Shown: piece after piece, positions 1-9,637 of the stretch
How the letters are laid out: each line of letters opens with the position of its first letter
Position numbering within the stretch: position 1 is the first letter of the stretch
Assembly: GCA_963796105.1 (NCBI GenBank)
Contig: CAWCKJ010000004.1
Span: 896,001-960,000 of the forward strand
Reading direction: 5' to 3'
Source: a candidate division FCPU426 bacterium
GTDB taxonomy: Bacteria > Oederibacteriota > Muellerivitia > Muellerivitales > Muellerivitaceae
DNA: 64,000 nt
The notes under the pieces: model-generated
Seen by the model: only the letters and a program-made list of their open reading frames with translations
What the model was told of the DNA's origin: nothing
Databases searched by the model: none
Translations under genes and position numbers: made by a program

Positions 1-159
1 TACCGATTTCTAAATTTTATTTTATATGGATAATCGGCACAAAGACTCAGCTTTAACCTAACAAAATTAAAGAAATATTTTTACTATCTACGACCCTTCG
101 CTGTGGTACGAAGGGTTCTGTGGTTCCGATGGAACCTGTGGTAAATTCTTTTTTCCCCG

Positions 160-546
160 ATGTATCATACTTTCATGATCCGTAAAACCAGCCTCAGCGT
201 CCTTGCTTTCACTTATCTCTTTTTGGGGATTTACCATTTTACCCGCTTTGATTATTTCCTGAGCTTGGTACCCCAATTTCTCCCTGCCCGCACAGCATTC
301 ACTGCAATCTCTGGATCTTTGGATATTTTAGCGGCGGTATTGATTCCATTCCGAGCTACCCGGAAAGCGGCCTGCTACGTGCTTTTGGCTCTCTTGGTAT
401 TTGTTTTCCCCTTCAATCTTTACATCATCTGTTCGGGCGGGGCTGGTATTCCACTTCCGAGGTGGGAACTGATAGCGCGCATTCCCTTCCAATTTCTATT
501 GATGACTTGGATTTATTGGCATAGCCGGGATGAAAAAATAGATTAA
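160..546 (+). CDS. DoxX-like membrane protein
   Basis: 128-aa hydrophobic ORF with GIYHF, VFPFN and RIPFQ motifs typical of DoxX-like proteins. Confidence 0.7.
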   Translation: MYHTFMIRKTSLSVLAFTYLFLGIYHFTRFDYFLSLVPQFLPARTAFTAISGSLDILAAVLIPFRATRKAACYVLLALLVFVFPFNLYIICSGGAGIPLPRWELIARIPFQFLLMTWIYWHSRDEKID

Positions 547-1727
547 AAAACCTCTCCAGCATGGAGAGCCTTGAAGAATTGGTCTAAGGGAAGGATATCC
601 AAACCTCGGCTGTGATAGGACCTTTCCCCCATGTAAACACCGATCATCCGGTCCAATTTCAAATTTCCCAGGGTGGAGAGGGAACGCATGGGTTTTTCCC
701 ATCCCGGGTCCCATCGCTTGGAGGATTTGACCTCGATTGCCACCGCCCTTGGCGGAGTTCCCGGCCTCTTTGAGGATGTTTCCACGATGAAATCCACTTC
801 CACGCCCGCCGGTGAATGGTAATAGTAGAAAGGCCTGTGCCGGTTACCGGTTTGGTTGAAGACCCTCATTTCATGGTAAACCAGGGTTTCGAGGGCGAAA
901 CCCCGCCAACTCCCGTCCACAGGGTCCCGCAGCAGTCCCGCCGCCGCCCGTGCCACGCCGGGGTCGAACCAATAAAACTTGGGCCGGGTGGTTTCACGGA
1001 CTTTGAAGCCCGGGCGCCATGCCGGGAGATCGTGTGCCAGGAGGGTATCGCGCAGGATTCCAAAATAGGTATCCACCGTACTGCGGGAAACCGAGGCTTC
1101 CCGGGCGATATTCTGGGCGTTGAGTATTTGGCCGTTGATCCTCCCCGCTACCGTGAGAAACCGGACGAACGGCTGGACGTTCCTAAGAAGGCCCTCCGCC
1201 ATCAATTCCTCCCTCAAATAAGTCGTTACGTAAGCGGATAGGATTTCCACCGCCTGGTCCGGTTCGTTATGGATGAATGGCAAGGTTCCCTGGTCCAACG
1301 CCTTGTCCAGGCGGTAGGCGGACTTAAGTTCGGCCCAGGAAAAGCCTTCCATTGAATACGTCAAGGCCCGGCCGGCCAGCAAGTTGGCGCCGCCGCGCCT
1401 CAACTTTCTCGCGGAGGAACCGCACAAAGCGAAGCGCCAACCCCGGTCCTCCATCAGCCGGTGGACTTCATCCAAAAGGGAAGGAATCTTTTGGACCTCG
1501 TCCAATACGACCCAGGATTGGCGCGGGAGATTCCCCAGGAGCGATTCCAAGCGGTGGGGATCGGAGGAAAGTTCCAGGTAAAGGGAAGCGTCCAATAGGT
1601 CCAAGCGGGGAGCGCCTGCGAAGGCCTTCTTTAACCAGGTGCTTTTGCCTGTTCCCCGGGGGCCGAACAGGAAAAAGGAACGGGTTGGTTTTTCAAGCAG
1701 CCTATGGATGGAGGAAAAAACGGTCAT
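543..1727 (-). CDS. AAA+ ATPase (AAA_14 / DUF4143 type)
   Basis: Walker A GPRGTGKST, Walker B VLDEVQK, LCGSSA, LAGRA, PKFYWFDPG, C-terminal EVDFIV...AIEVK; ATG at 1727 preferred to TTG at 1736. Confidence 0.85.
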   Translation of the reverse strand: MTVFSSIHRLLEKPTRSFFLFGPRGTGKSTWLKKAFAGAPRLDLLDASLYLELSSDPHRLESLLGNLPRQSWVVLDEVQKIPSLLDEVHRLMEDRGWRFALCGSSARKLRRGGANLLAGRALTYSMEGFSWAELKSAYRLDKALDQGTLPFIHNEPDQAVEILSAYVTTYLREELMAEGLLRNVQPFVRFLTVAGRINGQILNAQNIAREASVSRSTVDTYFGILRDTLLAHDLPAWRPGFKVRETTRPKFYWFDPGVARAAAGLLRDPVDGSWRGFALETLVYHEMRVFNQTGNRHRPFYYYHSPAGVEVDFIVETSSKRPGTPPRAVAIEVKSSKRWDPGWEKPMRSLSTLGNLKLDRMIGVYMGERSYHSRGLDILPLDQFFKALHAGEVF

Positions 1728-1857
1728 AAACACCAATCCGATGTTGTAAATTTACAATGCAATATTACAACAAGGTAGTCATATTTCATAGTCCCTTTTC
1801 ATACACATCATTCCCAGAATGATATAACCCATGTCTTATTTGCTTTATTGCCTTGTT

Positions 1858-1972
1858 GGGCGGGGCGGGGATTCCATTGCCGAGGTGGGAACTGATAACC
1901 CGCATACCCTTTCAACTTCTATTGATGACTTGGATTTACTGGCATAGTCGGGATGGGATGAATACAAAATAA
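1858..1972 (+). pseudogene. Orphan duplicate of the 3' end of the DoxX-like gene
   Basis: Aligns codon for codon with 435-546 (GGAGIPLPRWELITRIPFQLLLMTWIYWHSRD...stop) and has no 5' part. Confidence 0.85.
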
Positions 1973-2145
1973 TGATTGAGTTGTCCAACCAGGGTCCCCG
2001 TCGTGGACAACCTAATTCATTTCAAAATGGTTAATGGTGGCCAGATTCCTTAGTTCTTATTGAGTGAACAAGCTAACATATTTTTGAATTATTCTTCGAG
2101 GGAAAGGTCATTCTCAAGAAGGGTCTTCAGATTAGAACAGCTTTT

Positions 2146-3609
2146 TTATTGAGATGCGGGAAGATCTATTGTCCGAATTTGCCTGGGTATCACTTCAATA
2201 CGGTCTCGTATTTCAACCCCTTTTATCCAGTGAATCACACCGGTGATGCAAACCTTTTTATCAGACATATCCATGCTCAGTTGCTTTGGTTCAACATCCA
2301 TCCACTTTACAACCTTATTTTCCCCAATGGTAACAGGCTGGTCAAAATTGATCCTCCAGCCGGTAGTTTCACCGCCAATAGCCGCTAACCCACCTTTTAA
2401 AATCCCTTGAACGGTAATGGGATTTCCCTCAACCTCTAATCGGATTAAATCCAATTCTTTTTCATATTTACTATTAGGGGCTTCTGAAACTTCGTAGTAT
2501 TTTTTGGCTAGTTCAATGTTTTGAGGGACACCCAGTGCCTCTTCATAGGATCGAGCCAGATAATAGGCAGCATCTATGTGACCCTGATCGGCTTTTTTTT
2601 GTAACCAACCGACTATATCTGATATTTCCGTGGATGACATTTGATTTTTAAAATCTTGCAACATAAACCATAGACTGATTTCCGCTTCATTAAAACCACC
2701 ATCAGCCGACATTTCATAATATTTTTCCGCATTGACATAATCTCGGTTGAGGCCGAATCGAAAAGGAAAGTTACCACTTTTTAAATAATAATTACCTAAT
2801 TCAAAATCTGCTACAGGATTGCCCCTATCAGCAGATTTTTGAAGCCAAGACTTGGCCGCTTCCCGATCAGGATTAGGCAAATTAAGCTCGTGTTGGGCTT
2901 GCCTGAGCTCAAAGTCGCCTGGTTTATCGTTTGGTTTTTTCTCATTCCATGTCAATTCGTCGAGACATCTTTGGGAGTTGGAGTCACCTTCTGCAGCTGC
3001 TTTACGCCACCATTTTAAAGCCTCCTGGTCATCTTTTGGCACCCCTTCTCCCATATGGTAAAAAAGACCAATTTCAAAATAACAATCACCTTTTTTATAC
3101 CATTCGAAAGCTTTCGGATAATCACGCAATACGTTTTTGTAATGATCACCCAAGGCATTGGCCCCTTTTTTATTTCCCAAGTTCGCTGCCCTTTGAAACC
3201 ACTTCATGGCTTCAACAGGATTGTAGTGGTCAACGCCATGTCCCCACTCATAGCAATAACCTAAATTGACAAAGGCATCGGTGTTTCCAAGGTTTGCCCC
3301 TCTTTGATACCATTTGAAACTTTCTTTGTTATTTTGATAATACTTTGCGCTACCCTCCAATTTGGATTCCCCATGTCTTCCTCCGATTAACTCTCCAATA
3401 CGGTTGGCCGCAGCGCCGTTTCCTTTTTTAAATGCAATTCGATAAAACATTAATGCTTGGGTGTAATCACCTGTTTTTTCGGTTTCAACACCCTTTTCAA
3501 ATTCATCGGATTCCGTAGAAGTTTGCCCTCGAAGAAACAAAGAGGAGCCCACAAAAATTCCAAAACTTAAAATCACCAACAAAATCAAATTAGAAAATAT
3601 TTTTATCAT
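2146..3609 (-). CDS. Sel1-like repeat protein with N-terminal membrane anchor
   Basis: Repeated LGxxYxxGxGV...A.KW..kAA..G units; hydrophobic N-terminus; visibly AT-richer than neighbours. Confidence 0.85.
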   Translation of the reverse strand: MIKIFSNLILLVILSFGIFVGSSLFLRGQTSTESDEFEKGVETEKTGDYTQALMFYRIAFKKGNGAAANRIGELIGGRHGESKLEGSAKYYQNNKESFKWYQRGANLGNTDAFVNLGYCYEWGHGVDHYNPVEAMKWFQRAANLGNKKGANALGDHYKNVLRDYPKAFEWYKKGDCYFEIGLFYHMGEGVPKDDQEALKWWRKAAAEGDSNSQRCLDELTWNEKKPNDKPGDFELRQAQHELNLPNPDREAAKSWLQKSADRGNPVADFELGNYYLKSGNFPFRFGLNRDYVNAEKYYEMSADGGFNEAEISLWFMLQDFKNQMSSTEISDIVGWLQKKADQGHIDAAYYLARSYEEALGVPQNIELAKKYYEVSEAPNSKYEKELDLIRLEVEGNPITVQGILKGGLAAIGGETTGWRINFDQPVTIGENKVVKWMDVEPKQLSMDMSDKKVCITGVIHWIKGVEIRDRIEVIPRQIRTIDLPASQ

Positions 3610-3783
3610 AAATTTGCCTTTAAAGTTCTTTTGCCAATTACTGGCCTGGTTAGATTTGAACTGGCCCCAAAGGCTGTTATCAAAAGAAGTAAGTATATTT
3701 TTTTATCGTTTCACCAACCTTTCCAATAACACTTGTCCCCTACGACTCCCCGTGGTGAACAACTATTTTAAACCTCTCCTAAA

Positions 3784-4473
3784 TCATCTTTTACTTTGTC
3801 CAACTTGGTTTGCTTGTTTTTCGATCAGGTGGGATTCCCAAATGTGGACGCCGGAGAGTTGTTGGCGCGCGAGGTTGACCATGGCCTTGGCGATGGTCTG
3901 GGCCTGGATGGGGCGGTATTTCTTGAAAGGCCCGATAAACAGGGGGGAAAGGGGCTTTAACACCTTCTCCATGAATCTTTCGGAGGGCCGGCGCTCCTTG
4001 CGGTCCTTTTCGCCTAGTATGAAAGAAGGCCTCATGATATGGACGGCCTGGAAGGGAACCGCGCTGACCGCTTCTTCCATCTCGCCCTTGAGGCGGCTGT
4101 AAAACAACGATGAATTGGGATTGGCGCCCATGGAGGAAACCACCAGGAACTGACGGGAACCGTTTTTCAAGGAGATCTTGGCGAGGGAGAGGACGTATTC
4201 AAAATCCACCTTGCGGTAAGCCTGGAGGGAAGGTGTTTTCTGCCGGGTGGTGCCTAGACAGCAATAAACGGCGTTGGCTTTGGTGTTTTTAATGAACTTT
4301 TCCAGCAGGTCGAAGTCCACCACGATTTCACGGAGTTTCGGATGGGTTATTCCCTGCGGGGTGCGGACCAGCGAAATGACTTTGTCATATTGGGGATTTT
4401 CTAATATTTCCCGCAGGCAGTAGCCACCCACTAATCCGCTGGCTCCCGCGATCAAGGCCGTCTTTTGGGTCAT
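3784..4473 (-). CDS. NAD(P)-binding oxidoreductase (atypical SDR, YraR/TIP30-like)
   Basis: GASGLVG Rossmann motif, CCLGTT, YSRLKGEME, RPSFILG. Confidence 0.85.
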   Translation of the reverse strand: MTQKTALIAGASGLVGGYCLREILENPQYDKVISLVRTPQGITHPKLREIVVDFDLLEKFIKNTKANAVYCCLGTTRQKTPSLQAYRKVDFEYVLSLAKISLKNGSRQFLVVSSMGANPNSSLFYSRLKGEMEEAVSAVPFQAVHIMRPSFILGEKDRKERRPSERFMEKVLKPLSPLFIGPFKKYRPIQAQTIAKAMVNLARQQLSGVHIWESHLIEKQANQVGQSKR

Positions 4474-4812
4474 AGGCTAACCTCTTATCCCACAAGCATA
4501 AAGGATGGCGGGAATTTGGTGTAGGGTTTTTAGTACACCAATATTTTTAGTAAAAGCTTTTCAAACAATATTTTTTGGTTGTTATTGCGAGGAGTGGCCG
4601 CCGAATAAGCGGACTCATACGAGGAAGCAACCCCAGTTTAAATAAGCCTTTAAATAGGCCCTAATCGAACGGCTAACTGTGGTCGCATGCCAGCTTTCAA
4701 TAATGCTGAAAATTGTTTTCTAAAGCCGCAATTTTGTCCTCAATTTCTGTAGAATCAAAATTCGAACTACCCAACAGGTTGTGGATATCCTGATTTCAAA
4801 GGTTTTAAACCA

Positions 4813-5289
4813 ATGAAAATATTGCATGTTTTAAGCGGGGATTTCGTGACGGGCGCGGAAACATCAACCGTCGCTCTTATCGAAAGGCAAACCGAGGCCG
4901 GCCACCAGGTTTTCGTGGCGGCGGGCAAATTCGAGCATGAGGTGGAAGCTGCTTTTATTCCTGTTTCCATCTATGACCGGGGCTGGTTCAAAAGGTTACT
5001 CAATGTCCGGGCGCTGATCAAAGTCATCCGAAAGGAAAAAATCGATATCGTCCACGCCCATTCCCGCGCGGCCAGTTGGGTTTCCTACTGGGCCTGCCGC
5101 CTGACCCGCACTCCTTACCTTTCCACCCTGCATGGCCGCCAGCACCTGCATTTTTCAAACAAGAACTTCAACGTATATGGGAAAAAATGCGCGGTCATGT
5201 GCGAGAACATCCGTGAACAAATACTGAAAGAAACCAAAATCTTCAAACCGGAGCAATTGATTGTCATCCGCAACGGCATCCTCCAGTAA
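4813..5289 (+). CDS. Glycosyltransferase family 4, N-terminal domain only
   Basis: MKILHV...TGAE, IVHAHSR, STLHG; ends at VIRNGI, the usual end of the GT-B N-domain. Confidence 0.8.
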   Translation: MKILHVLSGDFVTGAETSTVALIERQTEAGHQVFVAAGKFEHEVEAAFIPVSIYDRGWFKRLLNVRALIKVIRKEKIDIVHAHSRAASWVSYWACRLTRTPYLSTLHGRQHLHFSNKNFNVYGKKCAVMCENIREQILKETKIFKPEQLIVIRNGILQ

Positions 5290-6595
5290 CCCCCTGGTTT
5301 TAATCGTCGGCAGGCTTTCGGGCCCCAAAAACGAGGTCATCCTGCGCTACCTGCGGGAGGCAGTAATTCCCGCGGCAACGGCCGATTCGACCTTGAGGGT
5401 GGCTGTGGTTGGAGGACCGGTGGGCGACGAACACCGGCAATTAGAGAAAGACCACCCATTCCTGAAGTTCGAGGGTTTCCAACCGGATCTCAAGCCCTTT
5501 TATGAAAAGGCCACCCTAGTCATCGGGGCGGGACGGGTGGCATTGGAAGCCATGGCCCATCAAAGGCCTGTGATCGCCGTTGGGGAACAAAAATACATCG
5601 GACCCCTCCTTCCCAATGCGGTGGAGGAAGCCAAGGCCACCAACTTCGGAGATTGCGAGGAAGGCACCCACTTCGATTGGGCCCGGGCAGCACAAGATCT
5701 TAAAAAGATGCTAGGGGACAAGGCCTTGCGTGAGGAGGCTGTCCGAACGGGAACCGCTTTGCTCCAGGCCGAGTACGACATGCGGAAGCTTTATCCCAAG
5801 GTCGAGGAACTTTACCGGGACGTTATTCTTCACGGAAATCTTTCCAGTCTATGTGAGATACCGGTCCTGATGTACCACCGGGTGGTCGAGAAGGAACCGG
5901 CTCTCGCCAAGTTTAATATCCATATCACCAATGATAACTTTGAGAAACACCTATTGTTCCTTCAAAAGAACGGGTTCACCCCCATCACTTTCGGGGACTT
6001 GTTGGAAAAGAAAATACCCTCCAAGCCAATCATCCTGACTTTCGATGATGGCTATGAGGATAATTATCTTCATCTTTACCCGCTTCTTCGCCGGTACGGC
6101 ATGAAGGCGGTGATTTATCTTTTAGGGGACAGGTCCATCCGGACGAATACATGGGATACCCCTAAGGGAGAACCGGAGACGCCCTTATTGAACGAAAAGC
6201 AGATCCTTGAAATGGCCAAAAGCGGAACAGTGGAATTCGGGGGCCATTCCATGACCCATTCAAGCCTGCCAGGACTTTCCAAGGAAAGCCTGGATCGGGA
6301 AGTAAGGGATTGCAAGAAATCCCTGGAGGGTCTGCTTGGGAAGCCGGTTGTGTCCTTTGCCTACCCTTATGGGGACTATAATGCAGAAACCCAAAAGGCC
6401 GTGGCCGAGGCCGGTTATCAATTCGGCGTGGCGGTGGAGGGGGGGCCTGCTTGTTTCGCTAAGGACCTCATGGCGATCCGGCGCATCCATATTTTTCCGG
6501 ATACCGGAGGCTTCGACTTTTACAAGAAAACCAGCGGGTGTTATTTAAGGTACAAGAAATTATTTGGGTTGCTTAAACCCTGGAAAAAACTATAA
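5261..6595 (+). CDS. GT-B C-terminal domain fused to polysaccharide deacetylase (NodB/CE4)
   Basis: IVGRLSGPK and GAGRVALEAM, then PVLMYHRV, LTFDDGY, GGHSMTH, FAYPYG. Confidence 0.8.
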   Translation: MSSATASSSNPLVLIVGRLSGPKNEVILRYLREAVIPAATADSTLRVAVVGGPVGDEHRQLEKDHPFLKFEGFQPDLKPFYEKATLVIGAGRVALEAMAHQRPVIAVGEQKYIGPLLPNAVEEAKATNFGDCEEGTHFDWARAAQDLKKMLGDKALREEAVRTGTALLQAEYDMRKLYPKVEELYRDVILHGNLSSLCEIPVLMYHRVVEKEPALAKFNIHITNDNFEKHLLFLQKNGFTPITFGDLLEKKIPSKPIILTFDDGYEDNYLHLYPLLRRYGMKAVIYLLGDRSIRTNTWDTPKGEPETPLLNEKQILEMAKSGTVEFGGHSMTHSSLPGLSKESLDREVRDCKKSLEGLLGKPVVSFAYPYGDYNAETQKAVAEAGYQFGVAVEGGPACFAKDLMAIRRIHIFPDTGGFDFYKKTSGCYLRYKKLFGLLKPWKKL

Positions 6596-6611
6596 GGAAC
6601 TTGGATCAGGC

Positions 6612-7418
6612 ATGAAAAAACCGTTGTTGAAACTCTCCATCGTTATCATCACCCGCAATGAGGAAACCCATATCGGTTCCTGCCTGAAGAGCCTGAAATT
6701 CTCCCGGGATTGCTTCAAAAGCTTGGAAACCATCGTGGTGGACGCCGAAAGTGGGGACCAAACTACAACTATTGCCAAGAAACTGGGGGCGAAAGTTTTT
6801 GTCCGCCCCTGGAAGGGATACTCAGACCAGAAAAACTGGGCCCTCGCCAAGTGCAAGGGGGATTGGATCCTTTCCCTGGACGCGGATGAGGAACTGACCC
6901 CGGAATTGATCAATGAAATCGAGAAAAAAATCCCTGAAACCCCGCAAGATGTGGCGGGTTATTTCATCAAGCGCAGGGCTTTTTTCCTGGGCAAGTGGAT
7001 CAAACATTGTGGATGGTGGCCTGACGCCCAGCTTCGCCTGATCAAAAGGGGTTCTGGCCGGTTCACGGATGAACTTGTGCATGAGGGCTTGGAAGTGGGA
7101 GGGAAAACCCTCGAATTCAACGAGCCCATGAACCATTTCACTTACGATTCCATCAGCCAATACCTGGACAAGATGAACCGCTATTCGAGCCTGGCGCTTT
7201 TGGAAATGAAGCAGAAAAAGAAAATTTTCTGGTGGTTCTACATGACGGCCGCCCCTTTCCTCACCTTTTTCCGGATGTATATCTCGAGAAGGGGTTTCCT
7301 GGATGGTTGGCACGGTTTGGCCGTCTGCGGGCTTTCGTCTTTCCACGATTTCGCCAAGTACGCCAAGCTTTGGGAAAAAGAGGTTTTAAAACGCGCTCCA
7401 GCTGGAAGAACCGTCTAA
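6612..7418 (+). CDS. Glycosyltransferase family 2 (KdtX/WaaE-like)
   Basis: LSIVIITRNEE, LSLDADE, GWWPD, VHE, GFLDG, KYAKLWE. Confidence 0.85.
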   Translation: MKKPLLKLSIVIITRNEETHIGSCLKSLKFSRDCFKSLETIVVDAESGDQTTTIAKKLGAKVFVRPWKGYSDQKNWALAKCKGDWILSLDADEELTPELINEIEKKIPETPQDVAGYFIKRRAFFLGKWIKHCGWWPDAQLRLIKRGSGRFTDELVHEGLEVGGKTLEFNEPMNHFTYDSISQYLDKMNRYSSLALLEMKQKKKIFWWFYMTAAPFLTFFRMYISRRGFLDGWHGLAVCGLSSFHDFAKYAKLWEKEVLKRAPAGRTV

Positions 7419-7624
7419 TTCAAGCTGGGATTCACATCCGCTAAATAATTTCAGGGTATTAAAAATAAAAGGCATTAAAAAAACCATGTCTTAGCCACGG
7501 ATACATGGGATTTATGGGATTTAACAAGTCCAAATATTTAAAGCCTTTTCTCTTAACCCAATCTAAATGCATGCCCACTAAAACGGCAAAGCCGTTTTCT
7601 CATTAAAGCTTTCAATGAAAGTTC

Positions 7625-7818
7625 GGTATAGTGCCGATTTCATTAACTGCTTTAGGAGTGAATCGGCACATCCCCTAGATCCGTGGCTAGGTATTGTTTT
7701 AAGAATATCTTTTTTTATCAGACTATTGGTTTTTCTGGCATTAAAAATTAAGCTCTTCTCTGGGCCTCTGTGCCGATTATTCGTATATAAAATAAAATTT
7801 GGAAATCGGTACGATACC
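7625..7818. repeat. Inverted pair of GTGCCGAT-N-ATCGG(T/C)AC hairpin repeats (MITE/REP-like)
   Basis: Left end GGTATAGTGCCGATTTC, right end GAAATCGGTACGATACC; related copies at 1-50, 13397-13455 and 14587-14835. Confidence 0.75.
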
Positions 7819-7908
7819 ATCCTCATAAACAGTTTTATGGATGGCTGGCATGTGTGGTGCGAAGCACCGCTGTGGTAAATATTGTCTTAGCTTTTGGGGA
7901 GGATTCAA

Positions 7909-8220
7909 ATGGGGGAGTCAGCACAAATTGACGTGGCCCAAGCGAAGGAACTACAGGCCTCCGGCGCAGTTTTCGTGGATATCAGGGACCCCGCTTCCTA
8001 CGAGGCGGCACATATTCCGGGCGCCCTGCGTTTGAGCGATGCTAACATCCAAGATTTCATTCAAAAAACCGACAAATCCAAACCCGTAGTGGTTTATTGC
8101 TATCACGGCAATAACAGCCAGGGCGGCGCTGCCTATCTGATGGACCAGGATTTCCAGAAGGTTTACAGCCTCATCGGGGGTTTCGAACGCTGGCGCCAAA
8201 CAGAGAAAATAGAAAGCTGA
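7909..8220 (+). CDS. glpE: Thiosulfate sulfurtransferase (single-domain rhodanese)
   Basis: VDIRD, HIPGA, active-site loop CYHGNNSQ, VYSLIGGF; GGAGG upstream of ATG 7909. Confidence 0.9.
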   Translation: MGESAQIDVAQAKELQASGAVFVDIRDPASYEAAHIPGALRLSDANIQDFIQKTDKSKPVVVYCYHGNNSQGGAAYLMDQDFQKVYSLIGGFERWRQTEKIES

Positions 8221-8222
8221 TC

Positions 8223-8684
8223 ATGACCCGGAATTACTGGCTGATGAAGGCCGAACAGGACGTTTATCCCGTCGAGCAATGGAAGAAGGACAAGGTTAAC
8301 TTCTGGGATGGGGTCCGAAACTACACCGCCCGCAACTTCATGCGGGACCGGATGAAAAAGGGCGATGGGATGCTCTTCTACTATTCCGGCGGAAAACCCA
8401 GCGGTATCGCGGGGATGGGTGAGATCGTAAAAGAAGGCTACCCCGACCATACGGCTTTTGACCCCAAGGACATCCATTTCGACGAGAAGAGCGATCCCGA
8501 AAAACCCACCTGGTACATGGTGGATGTGAGGTTCGTGAAGGCCTGCGAGCAGGTGATCCCTCTGGATTTCCTCAAGAAAATACCCGAATTGAAAAACATG
8601 GTGCTTTTCAAGAATTCCCGCCTATCGGTCCAACCGGTGACCCAAACCGAGTGGGAGATTATTCGCAGGTTGATCGATAACTAG
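8223..8684 (+). CDS. EVE domain protein
   Basis: YWLMKAE, WDGVRNYTARNFMRD, YPDHTAFD, WYMVDV, RLSVQPV. Confidence 0.92.
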   Translation: MTRNYWLMKAEQDVYPVEQWKKDKVNFWDGVRNYTARNFMRDRMKKGDGMLFYYSGGKPSGIAGMGEIVKEGYPDHTAFDPKDIHFDEKSDPEKPTWYMVDVRFVKACEQVIPLDFLKKIPELKNMVLFKNSRLSVQPVTQTEWEIIRRLIDN

Positions 8685-8766
8685 CAATAAAACATCTCAT
8701 CAACTACGAACAAAAAACAAGAGAAGATTAAAATCCCCTTCATCGGCAGCCTTAAATGCTGCTTGC

Positions 8767-8952
8767 TCAACCATTGGATTCCTCATCCAATGGTTCCCAT
8801 ATTCGGGGATCGCTGTCACGAATCAATTCCTGGGCCAATTCCCCAGCCAGTTGAGCGTATGTTTCTGGGGAAATCCCTTGGGCTTCCAGTATCATGGTTT
8901 GGTTCACGGCCTTCATTAGGTTTTGGGCCAGCTTTTGGGCCCGCTTTTCCAC
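8767..8952 (-). CDS. Small hypothetical protein
   Basis: 61-aa ORF with plausible helical composition; no family recognised with confidence. Confidence 0.4.
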   Translation of the reverse strand: MEKRAQKLAQNLMKAVNQTMILEAQGISPETYAQLAGELAQELIRDSDPRIWEPLDEESNG

Positions 8953-9289
8953 TATCTCGGATAAGGATTTGTAACCCTGTTCCGGTTTTCGCCGGTAACC
9001 TGGGATCCCCTATGCTGAGCCCACAAGGCGAAGCATGAGACTTGGGTGTGTTGGCGCCAAGATAATGGGTGCCATGGTGACATTTCCGGAGGCATAGAAG
9101 TGGCACAATCCCCGAAAAGTGGCACAATCAACTGCCCGCATTTCCGTCGGCAACCCGGGATAACCTGGTGACAGGCTGAGATAACCTTGGTGTCATTTTG
9201 GAACGCGCCCTACAAGTTGGACAGTTGAAGCAAAAAATAGAGAATAGGGAAACGGCTCAAGGGGTAACCCCCCAAAGGAGCATTTCCAA

Positions 9290-9637
9290 ATGGGTAAAAT
9301 AAGACGGAAGTTCAGTATTGATTTCAAAGAACAAGTCGTCCACGAGGTAGAAACTGGCCTATCGCTCAATGAAGCTGCTCGTCAATACCAGCTCAATCCA
9401 AGCGTTATAACCCGTTGGCGCGATAAATATCGCCAAGGAACCTTGGTTGAAAAACCTTCCCTTCACGAAAAAATATTGGAAAAAGAGAATGAGAAACTCA
9501 AAGCCAAGATTGGGGAATTGATCATGGCGATAGACCTTTTAAAAAAATTCCAAAAATACGCGGAAAACCAGAGAAAGCTCGATACCTCCGTGATCACCTC
9601 AAGGAATTTGGCTCAATTTCAAGAGGATGCCAAATGA
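9290..9637 (+). CDS. IS3 transposase OrfA (HTH)
   Basis: RRKFSIDFK...ARQYQL...RW, coiled coil, LLKK over an A7 run at 9541-9547. Confidence 0.9.
   Translation: MGKIRRKFSIDFKEQVVHEVETGLSLNEAARQYQLNPSVITRWRDKYRQGTLVEKPSLHEKILEKENEKLKAKIGELIMAIDLLKKFQKYAENQRKLDTSVITSRNLAQFQEDAK

Noticed and set aside
435..1972. DGR template/variable repeat pair
   Set aside because: Mismatches are mostly synonymous third-position changes, not adenine-specific, and there is no reverse transcriptase in the window
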